From Octopus vulgaris (lineage: Eukaryota), in the NCBI GenBank assembly GCA_951406725.2, contig OX597823.1, forward strand, positions 80,476,001 through 80,540,000: a DNA stretch of 64,000 nucleotides, read 5' to 3'. Numbering within the stretch: the stretch's first letter is position 1; each line of letters starts with the position of its first letter. The notes beneath the pieces were generated by a model that saw only the letters and a list, made by a program, of their open reading frames with translations, made no database searches and had not been told where the DNA came from. The translations under genes and the position numbers were made by a program. Positions 38,575 to 50,240 of this stretch are shown one piece after another.

Positions 38575-38883
38575 CATTTACATTATTTAAATTTGACGGA
38601 TATTTGTCCTTAACATAACATTTCAGCATATGGTGTAATGGTTAAGAGCGTGGGCTACTAATCCCAAGATTCCAAGTTCGATTCCAAGCAGTGACTTGAA
38701 TAATAATGATAACAACAACAACATCGAAAAATACCTTAGGTATGAGAATCCTGGTTCGAAATTTCCCCAAGACACCTGATGAAGGCTGGAGGGCATATCA
38801 GCCGAAACGTGTTAACAACAAACAAGATGAGAACAAATATCCGTCAAATGTAAGTAATTCTTCATCTCTTAAATATAAAACTG
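38575..38883 (+). mobile_element. tRNA-headed SINE-like element with hammerhead-bearing Penelope-type 3' end and short inverted 5' arm
   Basis: A box TGGTGTAATGG 38631-38641; B box GTTCGATTCC 38676-38685; (AAT/AAC)n spacer; CTGATGA-A-GGCTG...CAGCC-GAAAC at 38776-38808. 38575-38627 is an inverted copy of the 3' end. Confidence 0.78.
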
Positions 38884-39098
38884 AAGTAAGATTTAATTAC
38901 CAAAAGAGTGTCAGGGCATAAGAATACAGTGTCGAGTATGTATTCCCAAGGGGAAAAAAAAACCAGATGTAAAAATGAAATGAATGAACAGATCATAGGT
39001 CTGCTCAATCAAAGTTGATATAGGGTGTATACAATACCAACAAAGCTTTCACTGGTGATTTAGTAATACATTATGAGTTCATCCCAAAGCAAACTTAC

Positions 39099-39208
39099 CT
39101 TTTTACTACTGATCTTATTTGTACCTTCAAGCTTTCTCAGAAAGTCCTGAAATTCAGCATAAGTATGCTCACTTGATTCATATTTTGGTGACAGCAAATA
39201 TGAGGAGC
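39099..39208 (-). CDS. Host gene coding exon 2 (110 nt; GSSYLLSPKYESSEHTYAEFQDFLRKLEGTNKISSKK)
   Basis: tgtttgttgtAG acceptor, AAG|gtaagt donor, phase 1 in and phase 0 out, open frame. Confidence 0.85.
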
Positions 39209-39443
39209 CTACAACAAACAATTTTCAATAAATAAATAAGAATATAAAAAAAAAAGGATATATGTGAATGAGTTATTTAATTATTCATCAAGATAAAATT
39301 TACTTAAAGATTTACAGAAATTTACTATCATGTTATAGTTGATGCCTACAACATATTAAATATTACAGCAAGTTTTTTTTTTCATTTTTTGAAGTCTTAT
39401 ATTTATTTCAGTCAATAGAATGTGGCCTTGAAGAATTTTTAGT

Positions 39444-39555
39444 TGACAGAATCAACCCAAGTACTTATATTATAAGTCTAGTGCTTTATTCTCTTTTGCT
39501 GACAGAATCAACCCAAGTACTTATATTATAAGTCTAGTGCTTTATTCTCTTTTGC
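39444..39555. repeat. Perfect 56-bp tandem duplication inside a decayed SINE A
   Basis: 39444-39499 equals 39500-39555, with TGA microhomology at the junction. Confidence 0.9.
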
Positions 39556-39879
39556 TGAACTACTAAGCTACAGGGATGTAAACACACCAACACTGATTGT
39601 CAAGTGGTGGTGGACAGACACAAAGACACACATATATAATCATCGTCATCATTTAATGTCCATTTTCCATGTTGGCATGGGTGGGATGATTTGACCAGAG
39701 CTAGCACCAGATTCCAGTCAGATTTGGCTTGATTTCTACAGCTAGATGCCCTTCCTAATGACAACAACTTTACAGTGTGTGCTGGGTACTTTTATACATT
39801 ACACTTCAATTTTCCATCCGTTTCAGCAAGAGTTTTAACGATTCTAACTTTTTTTTTCTGAGAATTATCCGAGTCAGAT

Positions 39880-40260
39880 GTCAGCTTGCTTACCAACCAC
39901 ATGGTTACGGGTTCAGTCCCACTGCATGGCACCTTGGGCAAGTGTCTTCTACTATAGCCTCGGGTCGACCAAAGCCTTGTGAGTGGATTTGGTTGACAGA
40001 AACTGAAAGAAGCCTGTTGTATATATGTATATGTAAATATATATGCGGGTGTGTTTGTGTGCCTGTGTTTGTCCCCCCCAACATCGCTTGACAACCGATA
40101 GTGGTGTGTTTACATCACCGTAACTTAGCGGTTCAGCAAAAGAGACGGAATAGAATAAGTACTAGGCTTATAAAGAATAAGTCCTGGGGTCGATTTGCTC
40201 GACTAAAGGTGGTGCTCCAGCATGGCCGCAATCAAATGCCTGAAACAAGTAAAAAGTAAA
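39880..40260 (+). mobile_element. SINE family A, intronic
   Basis: Near full-length match to 2286-2688. Confidence 0.88.
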
Positions 40261-41050
40261 TGAAAGTGGTATTCATTTTCCAACAAGAAAACCAACCAGT
40301 TATTTCTTTTGAATGAAAGATCTAACATATTTAGCTTAACCCTTTAGCATTTAAACTAGTCATATCCAGCCCAAATATTCTGTTTTATGTTCAAATTGGC
40401 CAGATCTGGCTTCTCACACCTACCCTACAATGTCATTCTAAAAAGAAACTTTCACATCATTGAAATCTTCGAGCTACAAGATAATGGAAGATCAATTCAA
40501 AGCAATGTGAATAAAGTATTAAATTTGACAGACTAATGTGATTGCTAAAGGATTAATTCACCATTATCATCCCTGGTTCATTAATGTCTTTATCAGTTTT
40601 CTCTCGAGATTCAGAGCTGGGGTGGGGAAACAATCATCACTGTTTTAAAGTCCATTTTTCTATGCTTCCATGAGTTTTTTTGTTTTTTTTTAAACCTGGT
40701 ACTTAATCAGTTTCTTTTGTTGAACTTGTAAGTTACAGAACGTAAACACACCAACACCAATTGATTAAGTGGTAGGAGACAAACACAGACACAGATGTGT
40801 GTTGTGTTCTTGAGCAAGACACTTTATTTCATGTTGCTCCAGTTCACTCAGCTGTAGAAATGGTTCCAAGCTGTATTGGCGTTTGCCTTTCCTATGAATG
40901 ACATTGGTGGCATGGAGAGGGGGAGGCTGGTATGTAACAGCGATTGTTGGTCTTCCATAAACAACCTTGTCCAGATGTGTGCCTCGGAGGGCAACTTTCT
41001 AGATGCAATCCCATGGTCATTCATGACTGAAAGGGGTCTTTCTCTTTTAT

Positions 41051-41092
<42 letters not shown>

Positions 41093-41247
41093 ACACACAC
41101 ACACACACACATACATATAAACACGCACACACACATATATATATACACCCTGATTCTTTTCTACACTGTTATTTTGGCCAACTATACTTTAAAAGCAGTC
41201 TCCTCCACAGCTAATTAGGTTGTCTAGGAAATAGAAACTTTCAACTG

Positions 41248-41468
41248 TAAGGGAGTGCTGAAAAGTTCCTGGCTTTAAAGGTATCATGAAAGGCTTGGTT
41301 GGAGGTCCAACCTTCTAAGTTCTTTTACAGGACTTAGAAAATCTGAAGGACAGCTGCAATAAGTGTGTGAATCTGAGAGTAGGATAATATGTTGAATGAA
41401 ATCATAATTAACTGATCCGCCTGTATTTTCTCTTACCCAAATCCAGGAACTTTTCAGCACTCTCTTGT
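41248..41468. mobile_element. Mariner-type MITE
   Basis: TIR GAGTGCTGAAAAGTTCCTGG / CCAGGAACTTTTCAGCACTC. Confidence 0.8.
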
Positions 41469-43113
41469 ATTTTGGGGGGAGTCTTCAAAATATTGAAAAT
41501 AATTTAATTCAATCATACACTGACTGATAACTACTGCTCTAAATTTATAACGAAACAACAGTCTTTCTTCACTGTCAGCCTGCATGTGAACCATGTACAC
41601 CTCTTGTGCACTCACAGTTCATACCAGGTACATTATCTGGAATCCCAACTGACTCTTTTTCTGCATATCAATCATACAAACCTATGCTAAGAAGAGTAGC
41701 TGCATTACACCTGGGTGCTATTATCTTTTGTTTCAGTCTCTGTAGTTATGCTGGGAGGATTTTAAACAAATCAACCCCAGTGTTTATTTTTTATCAGTCT
41801 CTCCAGCTGAACTGCTAAGTTAAGGGGCTGCAAACAAATCAACACTGGTTGTCAAGTTGTAGTGGGGGGGGAATACACACACACACACACACAGGATGGG
41901 CTTCTTTAAGTTTCCGTCAACCAAATCCACCTACAAGACTTTGGTTGGCCTAATGCTATAGTAGAAGATGCTTGCCCAAGGTGCAACCTGTTGGGACTGA
42001 ACCTGGAACCATGTGGTTGCGAAGCAAACCTCTTACCACACAGCCACACTTGAACCGATATAAATATATTTCAGATATATATGTTGTACACGTGTATGCT
42101 ATATTAAAAATCACAAGCTAATCTTTTCTATTAAGGGTCTTTCATATCTCCATATGAGTCTTGTGTTTGATTTGGAATGAAACACCAAAATTCATTATTA
42201 GTCTGATGTTTCAAGGCTTCCACTGTCTCAGTTGCTAAATATAATGATCTAACTGTGTTATTTGTCCAATATGCATGACATCTTGGCAAGTTTTTTTTCT
42301 CTGCAGAGCCCCAAGCCAACCAAAGCTTTTTGAATGGATTTGGTAAACAGACTAAAAGAAGCTCTGGGTGTGTGTTCCATCTCGTAAGTGAGATAATAAA
42401 AGATAGTCCTGATTGGTGATATGCTGTATTGCAGAAGACCAGACCACATGCAAATACAGTGAGACATGTGAAAATCATCATCATCATCATTTAACGTCTG
42501 CTTTCCATGCTAGCATGGGTTGGACGAGTTGACTGAGGACTGGCAAACCAGATGGCTGCACCAGGCTCAAATCTGATCTGGCAGAGTTTCTACAGCTGGA
42601 TGCCCTTCCTAACGCCAACCACTCCGAGAGTGTAGTGTGTGATTTTACGTGCCACCGGCACAAGGGCCAGTCAGGCGGTACTGGCCATGGTGCTCGAATG
42701 GTGTTTTTTATGTGCCACCTGCACAAGAGCCAGTCCAGCAGCACTGGCAATGACCTCGCTTGAATGTTTTTTTTTGTGGGTAGTAAGAGAGACTGGGATC
42801 TATAGTTCGGTGTGTGCGTGTCCATCCATCCATATCCCGCCAAGTCTATACTAGCTGCTTCCCCTGCATCCTCTCATTTCTTTACATCAATTATTTCCCT
42901 ACTGCCTGAGCCACTCAATAACATATAGTACAGGATCAAGAAGCATTCAATTCCTTTTTCACTCATCACTAGGCCTTCATAAAAACAGGTTATATCAAAC
43001 TTGTTTGTACTGAATATAAACACAACTGCCAACCCTTTTACACAGTAAGCCTCTTCCCACCTCTCTCCCTGCTGAGCCATTGCTATTGTGAAACATCACT
43101 TAACTCTTAGCTT

Positions 43114-43547
43114 CAGTGTTGGATTAACCATTAAACAAAATAAGCACGTGCTTAGAGTATCAAGGGAAGCAAGGCACCACAGAAATGGTAAATGGTTTAC
43201 AATACAAAAGAAATCACCTTGAACTTAATAAAATAATATTCAGGATGTTTTATCTCTACTAAGTATAGAAGCAGATGTGTTGCATATAAGAAGATTAATT
43301 TTGAGGATTTGATCAAAAATTATGCTATTAAAAAAAAAAAAGAAAAAAAACCGAGGAAAAAACTTTGCAAATATAAATGAAGTAGATATATACAAAAATA
43401 AACAATTGCCAACTTATTTTTTTTTCATTTTGAGAAATAAAAAATTATTTTATGGTTTATTATTGGTTATATTTTGAATTACATAAAAATGGGAGCACCA
43501 AAATTCTTAAAGTATGTAGGACCTCTATAGGGCTTAATCCAGCCCTG
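43114..43547. mobile_element. hAT (Tip100-like) MITE
   Basis: TIR CAGTGTTGGATTAA / TTAATCCAGCCCTG; perfect 8-bp TSD CTTAGCTT at 43106-43113 and 43548-43555. Confidence 0.85.
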
Positions 43548-44611
43548 CTTAGCTTTGTCCACCTCAGCCATTACTCATTTTTCCATTTCCCCTTCACCCC
43601 AATCATTCCATTTCTGTCATTATACTCTTGCCCTCTTCACCTACACCCATTCTGGTTCTTCTGGCACCACTCTCTCCAACTCCACCTTCTCAATCACATC
43701 ATTGCCTAGAGTGAACCCCTGTGCCTTAGAGCAGTTTATACTCTTTACTCTTACAGTGTACAAAGCAGTGGTACACATTATCAAATCCCTGGCAGAACAG
43801 GACTAAAAGGTCTTCTCAAATCTATTCTTTCTCTCCATTTTTACCAACTATTTTACAAAGTACACTGTATGCATTTTTTCATGGCACTAACACTAGAGAA
43901 ATTGTCATATTCTCAATGTGACAGGACCAAAGGGAGCTCTTAACCTTTTCGTTACCAACCCGGCTGAAACTGGCTCTGAGTACAAATGTCTTGCTTCCAT
44001 AAGTTTTGAATTAAAATCTTCTACCAAACCTTAGTCAAAATTTATGTTCCTAACACTAGCTTAATGTTATTTTACTAAATTATTTGTGATATTTAAAGTA
44101 ATTGAAAGAAACACAAAGCTTCTCAAAATAAATACAGTAATGAAAGGTCACTTGCCAAACACTTTCCAGAGTTCACCAAGTGTATTCTGACATGTTCTGC
44201 CAGGGATTTGACACTGTGTCTAGTGCTAGTGACATGATAAAATGCACCCAGTACTCTGTTTAACCCTTTAACATTCAAGTAACTCTATCAAACGTAATGC
44301 TTATTTATTCGAATTGTTTTGAATCACTTGTGTATTTATCTTGTTGCTTTGAGATTTTGATGACTGATTGTTTATTTTCAGAATGACATTGTAGGACAGG
44401 TATCACAGACCAGATTTAGATAGTTTAAACAAAAAAAACAGGTAGGATATTTGGGCTGGATATGGCCAGTTTAAATGCTAATGGGTTAGGTGGTCAGTGA
44501 TAGGAAGGGTATTCAACCACAGAAATCAGGGCAAAAATGAAATGTACAAACACCCGTAAGAACTGACTAAAACTATGACAACCTATCCAATGCAAGCCAG
44601 ATGATGATGGT

Positions 44612-45080
44612 GATCATCATCATCGTTTAACGTCTGCTTTCCATGCTAGCATGGGTTGGACAATTTGACTGAGGACTGGCGACCCAGGGGGCTGCACCAG
44701 GCTTCAATCTGATCTGGCAGAGTTTCTACAGCTGCATGCCCTTCCTAATGCCAACCACTCTGAGAGTGTAGTGGATGCTTTTACGTGCCAGCGGCACATG
44801 GTCCAGTCAGGAGGTACTGGCAATGGCCAGGCTCAAATGGTGTTTTTTTTACATGCCACCTGCACAGGAGCCAGTCCAGCAGCACTGGCAACGACCTCGC
44901 TTGAATGTTTTTTGACATGCCACCGGCACAAGTGCCAGTAAGGCAATGCTGGGAAGGGTCATGCTCAAATGGTGCTTTTTACATACCACCGGCAAGGAAG
45001 CCAGTTAGCTGCTCTGGCAACAATCATGCTCGGACGGTGCTCTTAGCACTCCATTAGCACGGATGCCAGTCATCAAATTT
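44612..45080 (-). mobile_element. Family D copy with about five internal repeat units
   Basis: Repeated ACGTGCCACCGGCAC...CCAGT...CTGGCAA...AATGGTG units. Confidence 0.85.
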
Positions 45081-46324
45081 GATCATCATCATCACTTTAA
45101 TGTTCACTTTTCCATGCTTGCATGGGACAGACAATATTTGGTGAGCCAGATTTTCTTCAGATGGATGCTATTTCTATTACCAGACAGTATATATATTTAT
45201 ACAGACAGGTGTGGGTGGGTGATTAAGAAGTTTTGCATCCAAAACCACACTGTTGCAACTTCAGTCCAACTGCATGGCACCTTGGGCAAGTGTCTTCTAC
45301 CAGAACAACCAAAGATTCGTGAGTGATTGTAGTAGACAAACTGAAAAACCATTGTGCATGTGAGTGTGTTGACATCACATGATAGTTGTAAGAATGTCAC
45401 TCATACAAACAGTGTTGTTCATTTCCAGTTTGCAAAAACATGTCTGGGTATGCTTAGAAACAAACGAGAGTTGGTGACAGAGAGAGCATCAAGCCATAGA
45501 GAATCTGCCTCAATAAACTACATGTGACCCATGCAAGCATTGAAAATTGGATGTTAAAATGATGATGATGATGACACACATGAGAGAGAGAGTGGGAGGT
45601 AGGAGTTAAATTCCTAACTGAAGTTACTGTCTAGACATTGCTTTAAACACCCTCATACATAACTTATTCACTTCTCAAAACCCATGAATAGTTAATTGAC
45701 CTCCAAAGTCTTGGACACTGTCAATGCCTTCACCAGGCTGACACAATGTAAAAATCAACCATTTGTGTGAAACCAAGAATTTGTCTTATGACAATATGGC
45801 GGCTATAATTCTTTAAGTAATATGGTGAGTCATTATGGCTGACATCATCATCATTGTTTAACGTTCACTTTCCCTGCTGGCATGGGTTGGACAGTTTGAT
45901 TTGGAGCCGGTCAGCTGGGAGCTGTCCAGACCACAATTGTCTGTTGGGGCAAGGTTTCTATGGCTGGATGCCCTTCCTAATGCCAACCACTTTACAGAGT
46001 GTACTGGGTGCTTTTTATGTGGTGTTGAAATTAAAATGATAATTATAAAATCAATAACACACTAATTTTGTTGATTAGTAGAATATATCAGCAAAGTAGC
46101 ATTTACTGTAATATTGATCAAACAGTAATGAGATGTTAACACAAGCATAATTGTCTATGCACACACCACTTCCCAACCATGTGGTTTCAAGATCAAAAGG
46201 TCGGTCCAACTGCTTGGCATCTCAGGTGTCTTCTCCCATAGCACCAGAGTGACCAAAGATGTTCATTATATATACATACATGCACATGTATTATGTATGT
46301 ACATATATATATATATATATAACC

Positions 46325-46377
<53 letters not shown>

Positions 46378-46851
46378 GTTACAATTAAGTGTGCTTGTGC
46401 ACATTTGTGTGTGTGTGTGTGTGCAGATCTCTGAAAATTCCTGGGCTACAAGTATCAATTTACTTGTCAATCATCGCCTAGCTTTGTACTTCTGAAGACG
46501 TGAAAGAAAGATAAGTTTTAGTGACTTAAGGCAATCAGCTATAAACCAAAGTTTCATTAATAATGGTTTCAAATTTTGGCACAAGGCCAGCAATTTCAGG
46601 GGAAGTGGGACAGTCAATTACATCAACCCCTGTTCTCAACTGGCACTTATTTAATCAAGCCCAAAAGGATGACAGGCAAAGTCAACCTCAGCAGAATTTG
46701 AACTCAGAATGTAAAAACGGACGAAATGCCCCTAAGTTAACAATTCTGTGTGTTCGCCACCTTAGACCTACTCATTAATATATTCATGTACCCATGCTAA
46801 CATAGAAAAAGTGGATGTAAAAACTAACGAGTAAAAGAAGATTAAACTTAC

Positions 46852-48082
46852 CAGAATGTTCAAAGAGGTTCTCAAGCATATTAGCAAGAGGTGAGTGGTC
46901 GTATACTGCTATAGAATCCCAATCTTTGGCCTCCTTGGCATCTGTAAACAAATGTCTGACTGTCTCCTTCTTATAACAAGTATCATCTGCTTGACAGTCA
47001 GCCTCTAATGAAGTCTCTAAATTCAAGTATTTGGGTGGGCTTCTATATTTTCTTCCAGAACAGGAAGCCTCAACTATTGCTGAATCATCTAATATAGGTG
47101 AAAAATAAGTCTTAGAATGGTGTGGGTGGGGAAGCGGATACTCCGATCCATCTACATCACTTGAACTGCTCGCGGCCACCAAGGGAGAGCAGGTATGCCT
47201 ATATGATCGAACTGTAATATTTGGACTTAGCGTTTTGTAGGGAGATGGAGACCTGACAGTGATGTTAGGGCTATTCAATATCTCTTCATCAGACAACCTA
47301 GAACATGGACTGAAAGTTTCTGTGTGAAGTTTAGAAGGGGTTTGTAATGGTGTAACATAGATTGAAGTATCTGACTCTTCCAAAGTGTCATCTTGTTCAC
47401 TGTTTGAGTAAACTATACATTCATTGTTCATCTTTGACTTCACAGATTTTTGGTTTGGTTTAGACTTACTCGAAGCAGTTGAACTTTGGAAGCTATTCTT
47501 CAAGTTTTTATTCTGTGTTTTATTTTGTGGAAGCTGTTTGGATTTTTTGGGTGAATTAAATTGAGATTGACAGTAATCTTTACATGCCATTTTCTGTGAT
47601 TTTGGAGGTGATGCCTTAGCATTACAAGCATTTTGCTTTCTGTAAGAACCTTTCTTTGGTCTGTTGCAAACATGATTTGCGTTAGATGATGAATTCTGGA
47701 TATCTTTACTTGGAGATAAAGGTTTGGCCTTGGCCTTACGTTCCCTGTCAGCTTGAGGAACTTCATTCTTGTGACCGGTATGAGGTTTTCTTCCATTTAG
47801 ACTCCTCTGTATGTTCTGAACATCTGCTACAATCACTGATGTTACAGGCTGATTATTGTAAATGTTTTCTTTGTTATGTATCGGTGTGTTTGTTAATGTG
47901 ACTGAAAAATTAATGTGTGTCTCATGAAAGTTGCTGTCATCAAGAGATAAGCCGGTGGTATCAAGAAATTGAGCTTCATTCAAATCATCTTTTATGCTGG
48001 GATCATCATCTATACTATCAATCCGCGCTCTGTTCAGTACATCAATCGAACTAAAACTTGAATCAAAGGAGTTCAGGGTCAT
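46852..48082 (-). CDS. Host gene, first coding exon (exon begins at 48246); uncharacterised Ser/Pro/Asp-rich protein
   Basis: Long ORF MTLNSFDSS...LFEHS(G). Acceptor tttttctattgcAG before 48246; donor TCTG|gtaagt after 46852 (phase 1). In-frame TAA 7 codons upstream of the ATG at 48082. Confidence 0.88.
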
Positions 48083-48092
48083 AGAACTTATA

Positions 48093-48152
48093 TCATTGTG
48101 TTAAAGTACTGGCATCAATGCCGCTGTCATATTTTCCAATCACTTCCTCCAT
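48093..48152 (-). other. Kozak-optimal upstream ORF (MEEVIGKYDSGIDASTLTQ*) or frameshifted true N-terminus
   Basis: GCC ATG G at 48152, 70 nt upstream of the main ATG, so 1 nt out of frame. Confidence 0.6.
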
Positions 48153-49679
48153 GGCATTAAAGTGATAGAAACCAAGTGTATAATACAAGTTATTACATAT
48201 TTTAGATGATGTTCTGGAAAATAATTCTTTCTGTTTTGTTCATTTCCTGCAATAGAAAAAGGATTTATTAGTCATATAAATACATTTTGTTCCCTCATTA
48301 CAATATTTAAATACAACTACAAAGCCTAACTATGATGCATTAAGTACAAAAAATATAAAAAACAGAAAGCATTATTCAGAGACAATGTTAACTGATGCAT
48401 AGGATTGAGGAAGAAGCAGTCAAACTACATAACAGTCCATCAAGAGACTCTCTCAGCACACTTTTTTCCACACAACAAAAACATAGGAAAAATGTGTTCA
48501 CATTTGTTATATATTCTCTCATAGCTAGGCTTTCTAATATTCAAATTTATATACACAAACACAGAGGAAGGGATGGAAGATATTAAGAAGGAAAGCATGA
48601 GCAAGACTATGACAAAGAGTGGTGAAAAGAATGGCAATAAAGCTGGACAACAGAGAGAGAAAATTAGAGAAAATAATGTGATAGCAGAGGTGTAGACAGA
48701 GGCAATGACAGAACAGAGAAATGCAAGAGAGGGATATTGGGAAATGAAGAGGAAAGGTGGAGATAGACCAGTATCGAGAAGATGTTAAATGCTGATGATA
48801 ATTCAAGTAAAAACTAAGAATTACTGAAAAGAGGCATAAATAAACCTGTTATTTTTAAAGGATATTATGCTGTGTGTGTGTGGACAACCACTTTCAATAA
48901 AGTGTTCTGTGTACTATAAGAGATAGATTTACATAACTTATTCATAGAGTTAATTGTTTGGCTACTTCTATATTACTTCAACCAGACACTAGCAGCATCA
49001 AGTTTCAACTTCCTTTGCAAAGCTAAACAAGGTCTGCTCACAATGATACCGACCATATTTTCCAGCATATAAATTGATGCAGTATGAAGTGTAAACATTC
49101 ACTGTCATTCCAAATCTTGCTGCATTTAAATTTTACATGAAAGTTTTGGTCCGCCAAAGCCATTTTGGTGTAGAAGCTGACCTACCTTTATTGGTTGAAA
49201 ATTTCAACTTAAATGCCGGAAAATATAGCATCTCCAGTTGAGATGATATATAAATTATACACACATTAACTCTATGAACAAATATACACACACACACACC
49301 CACACACTTTATCTTTTACTTGTTTCAGTCATTAGACTGTGGCCATACTGGGGCACTGCCTTGAATTTTTAGTCGAATCAATTCAATCCAGTACTTATTT
49401 TTTTAAGCTTGGTATTTATTTTATCGGTTTCTTTCGCTAAACTGCTATGTTACAGGGATGTAAACAAACTAACACTGGTTGTCAAGTGGTGGTTGGTGAC
49501 AAACACAGACACACACATATATGCATCACATTAAGTGATGATCATCATGACAAGCTTCTTACAGTTTCCATCAACCAAATCCTTTCACAAGGCTTTTGGT
49601 CAGCCTGAAGCTATAGTAGAAGAAATTGCCCAAAGTGTACACACAATCAGATTCCAAAGAGACTGGTATTGGTCTACAA

Positions 49680-49920
49680 GACTTACCTTATTTAGTAAAA
49701 CTGACAAAATGAGTATATGAGAGTGGAGTGGGGGTAATCCAACATTTTACACAGAGTCCTTCATCAGGGAAAAGTTGACAGAAAAGAATTTGAAGAGACA
49801 CAGCAGGGTTTTTCATCTCTTAAATTTCTCTGTCAACTTTTCCCAGAAGGGCTCAAACCAAAACATTAAATTTTCCACTCTGCACAGTAAGTTCATTATA
49901 CTCTGTTGTTAATTTTAACA
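49680..49920. mobile_element. Decayed inverted-arm Penelope-like remnant
   Basis: GGGAAAAGTTGACAGA...GAAGAGA pairs with TCTCTT...TCTGTCAACTTTTCCC; minus-strand CTGATGAAGG at 49758-49767. Confidence 0.5.
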
Positions 49921-49946
49921 TGTGTGTGTGTATATATACACACACG

Positions 49947-50240
49947 TGGAGGCACAATGGCCCAGTGGTTAGGGCAGAGGACTCGCGGTTGTAGGATCAG
50001 TTTCGATTCCCAGGCCGGGCGTCTTGAGTGTTTATTAAGTGAAAACACCTAAAGCTTCATGAGGCTCCGGCAAGGGGTGGTGGCAATCCCTGATGTACTC
50101 TTTCGCCACAACTTTCTCTCGCTCTTGGCCTGCTCACTTAGCCAGCGGGGTGTCGTCATTTGAAGTCTAAACCAATGCGAACTGCATTGTGACCAGTGAT
50201 GTGTAGCAACATCTGATTACCCGGTCGGTCACGGTGATAC
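49947..50240 (+). mobile_element. SINE family C, tail type 3
   Basis: Same head and body; diverges after 50126. Confidence 0.85.

Noticed and set aside
38626-38695. Functional tRNA gene
   Set aside because: No proper acceptor stem or terminator; it is fused to a repeat body, so it is treated as a SINE head. The same applies to the tRNA-like heads at 12900-12975, 30885-30958 and 49947-50020.
42780-43800. L1/Tx1-like remnant around the hAT MITE
   Set aside because: Composition is suggestive, but no motif could be read with confidence.
46784-46851. Hydrophobic C-terminal tail of the 432-aa ORF (possible TM helix)
   Set aside because: It lies past the GTAAGT donor at 46851 and is intron read-through; downstream exons continue in phase.
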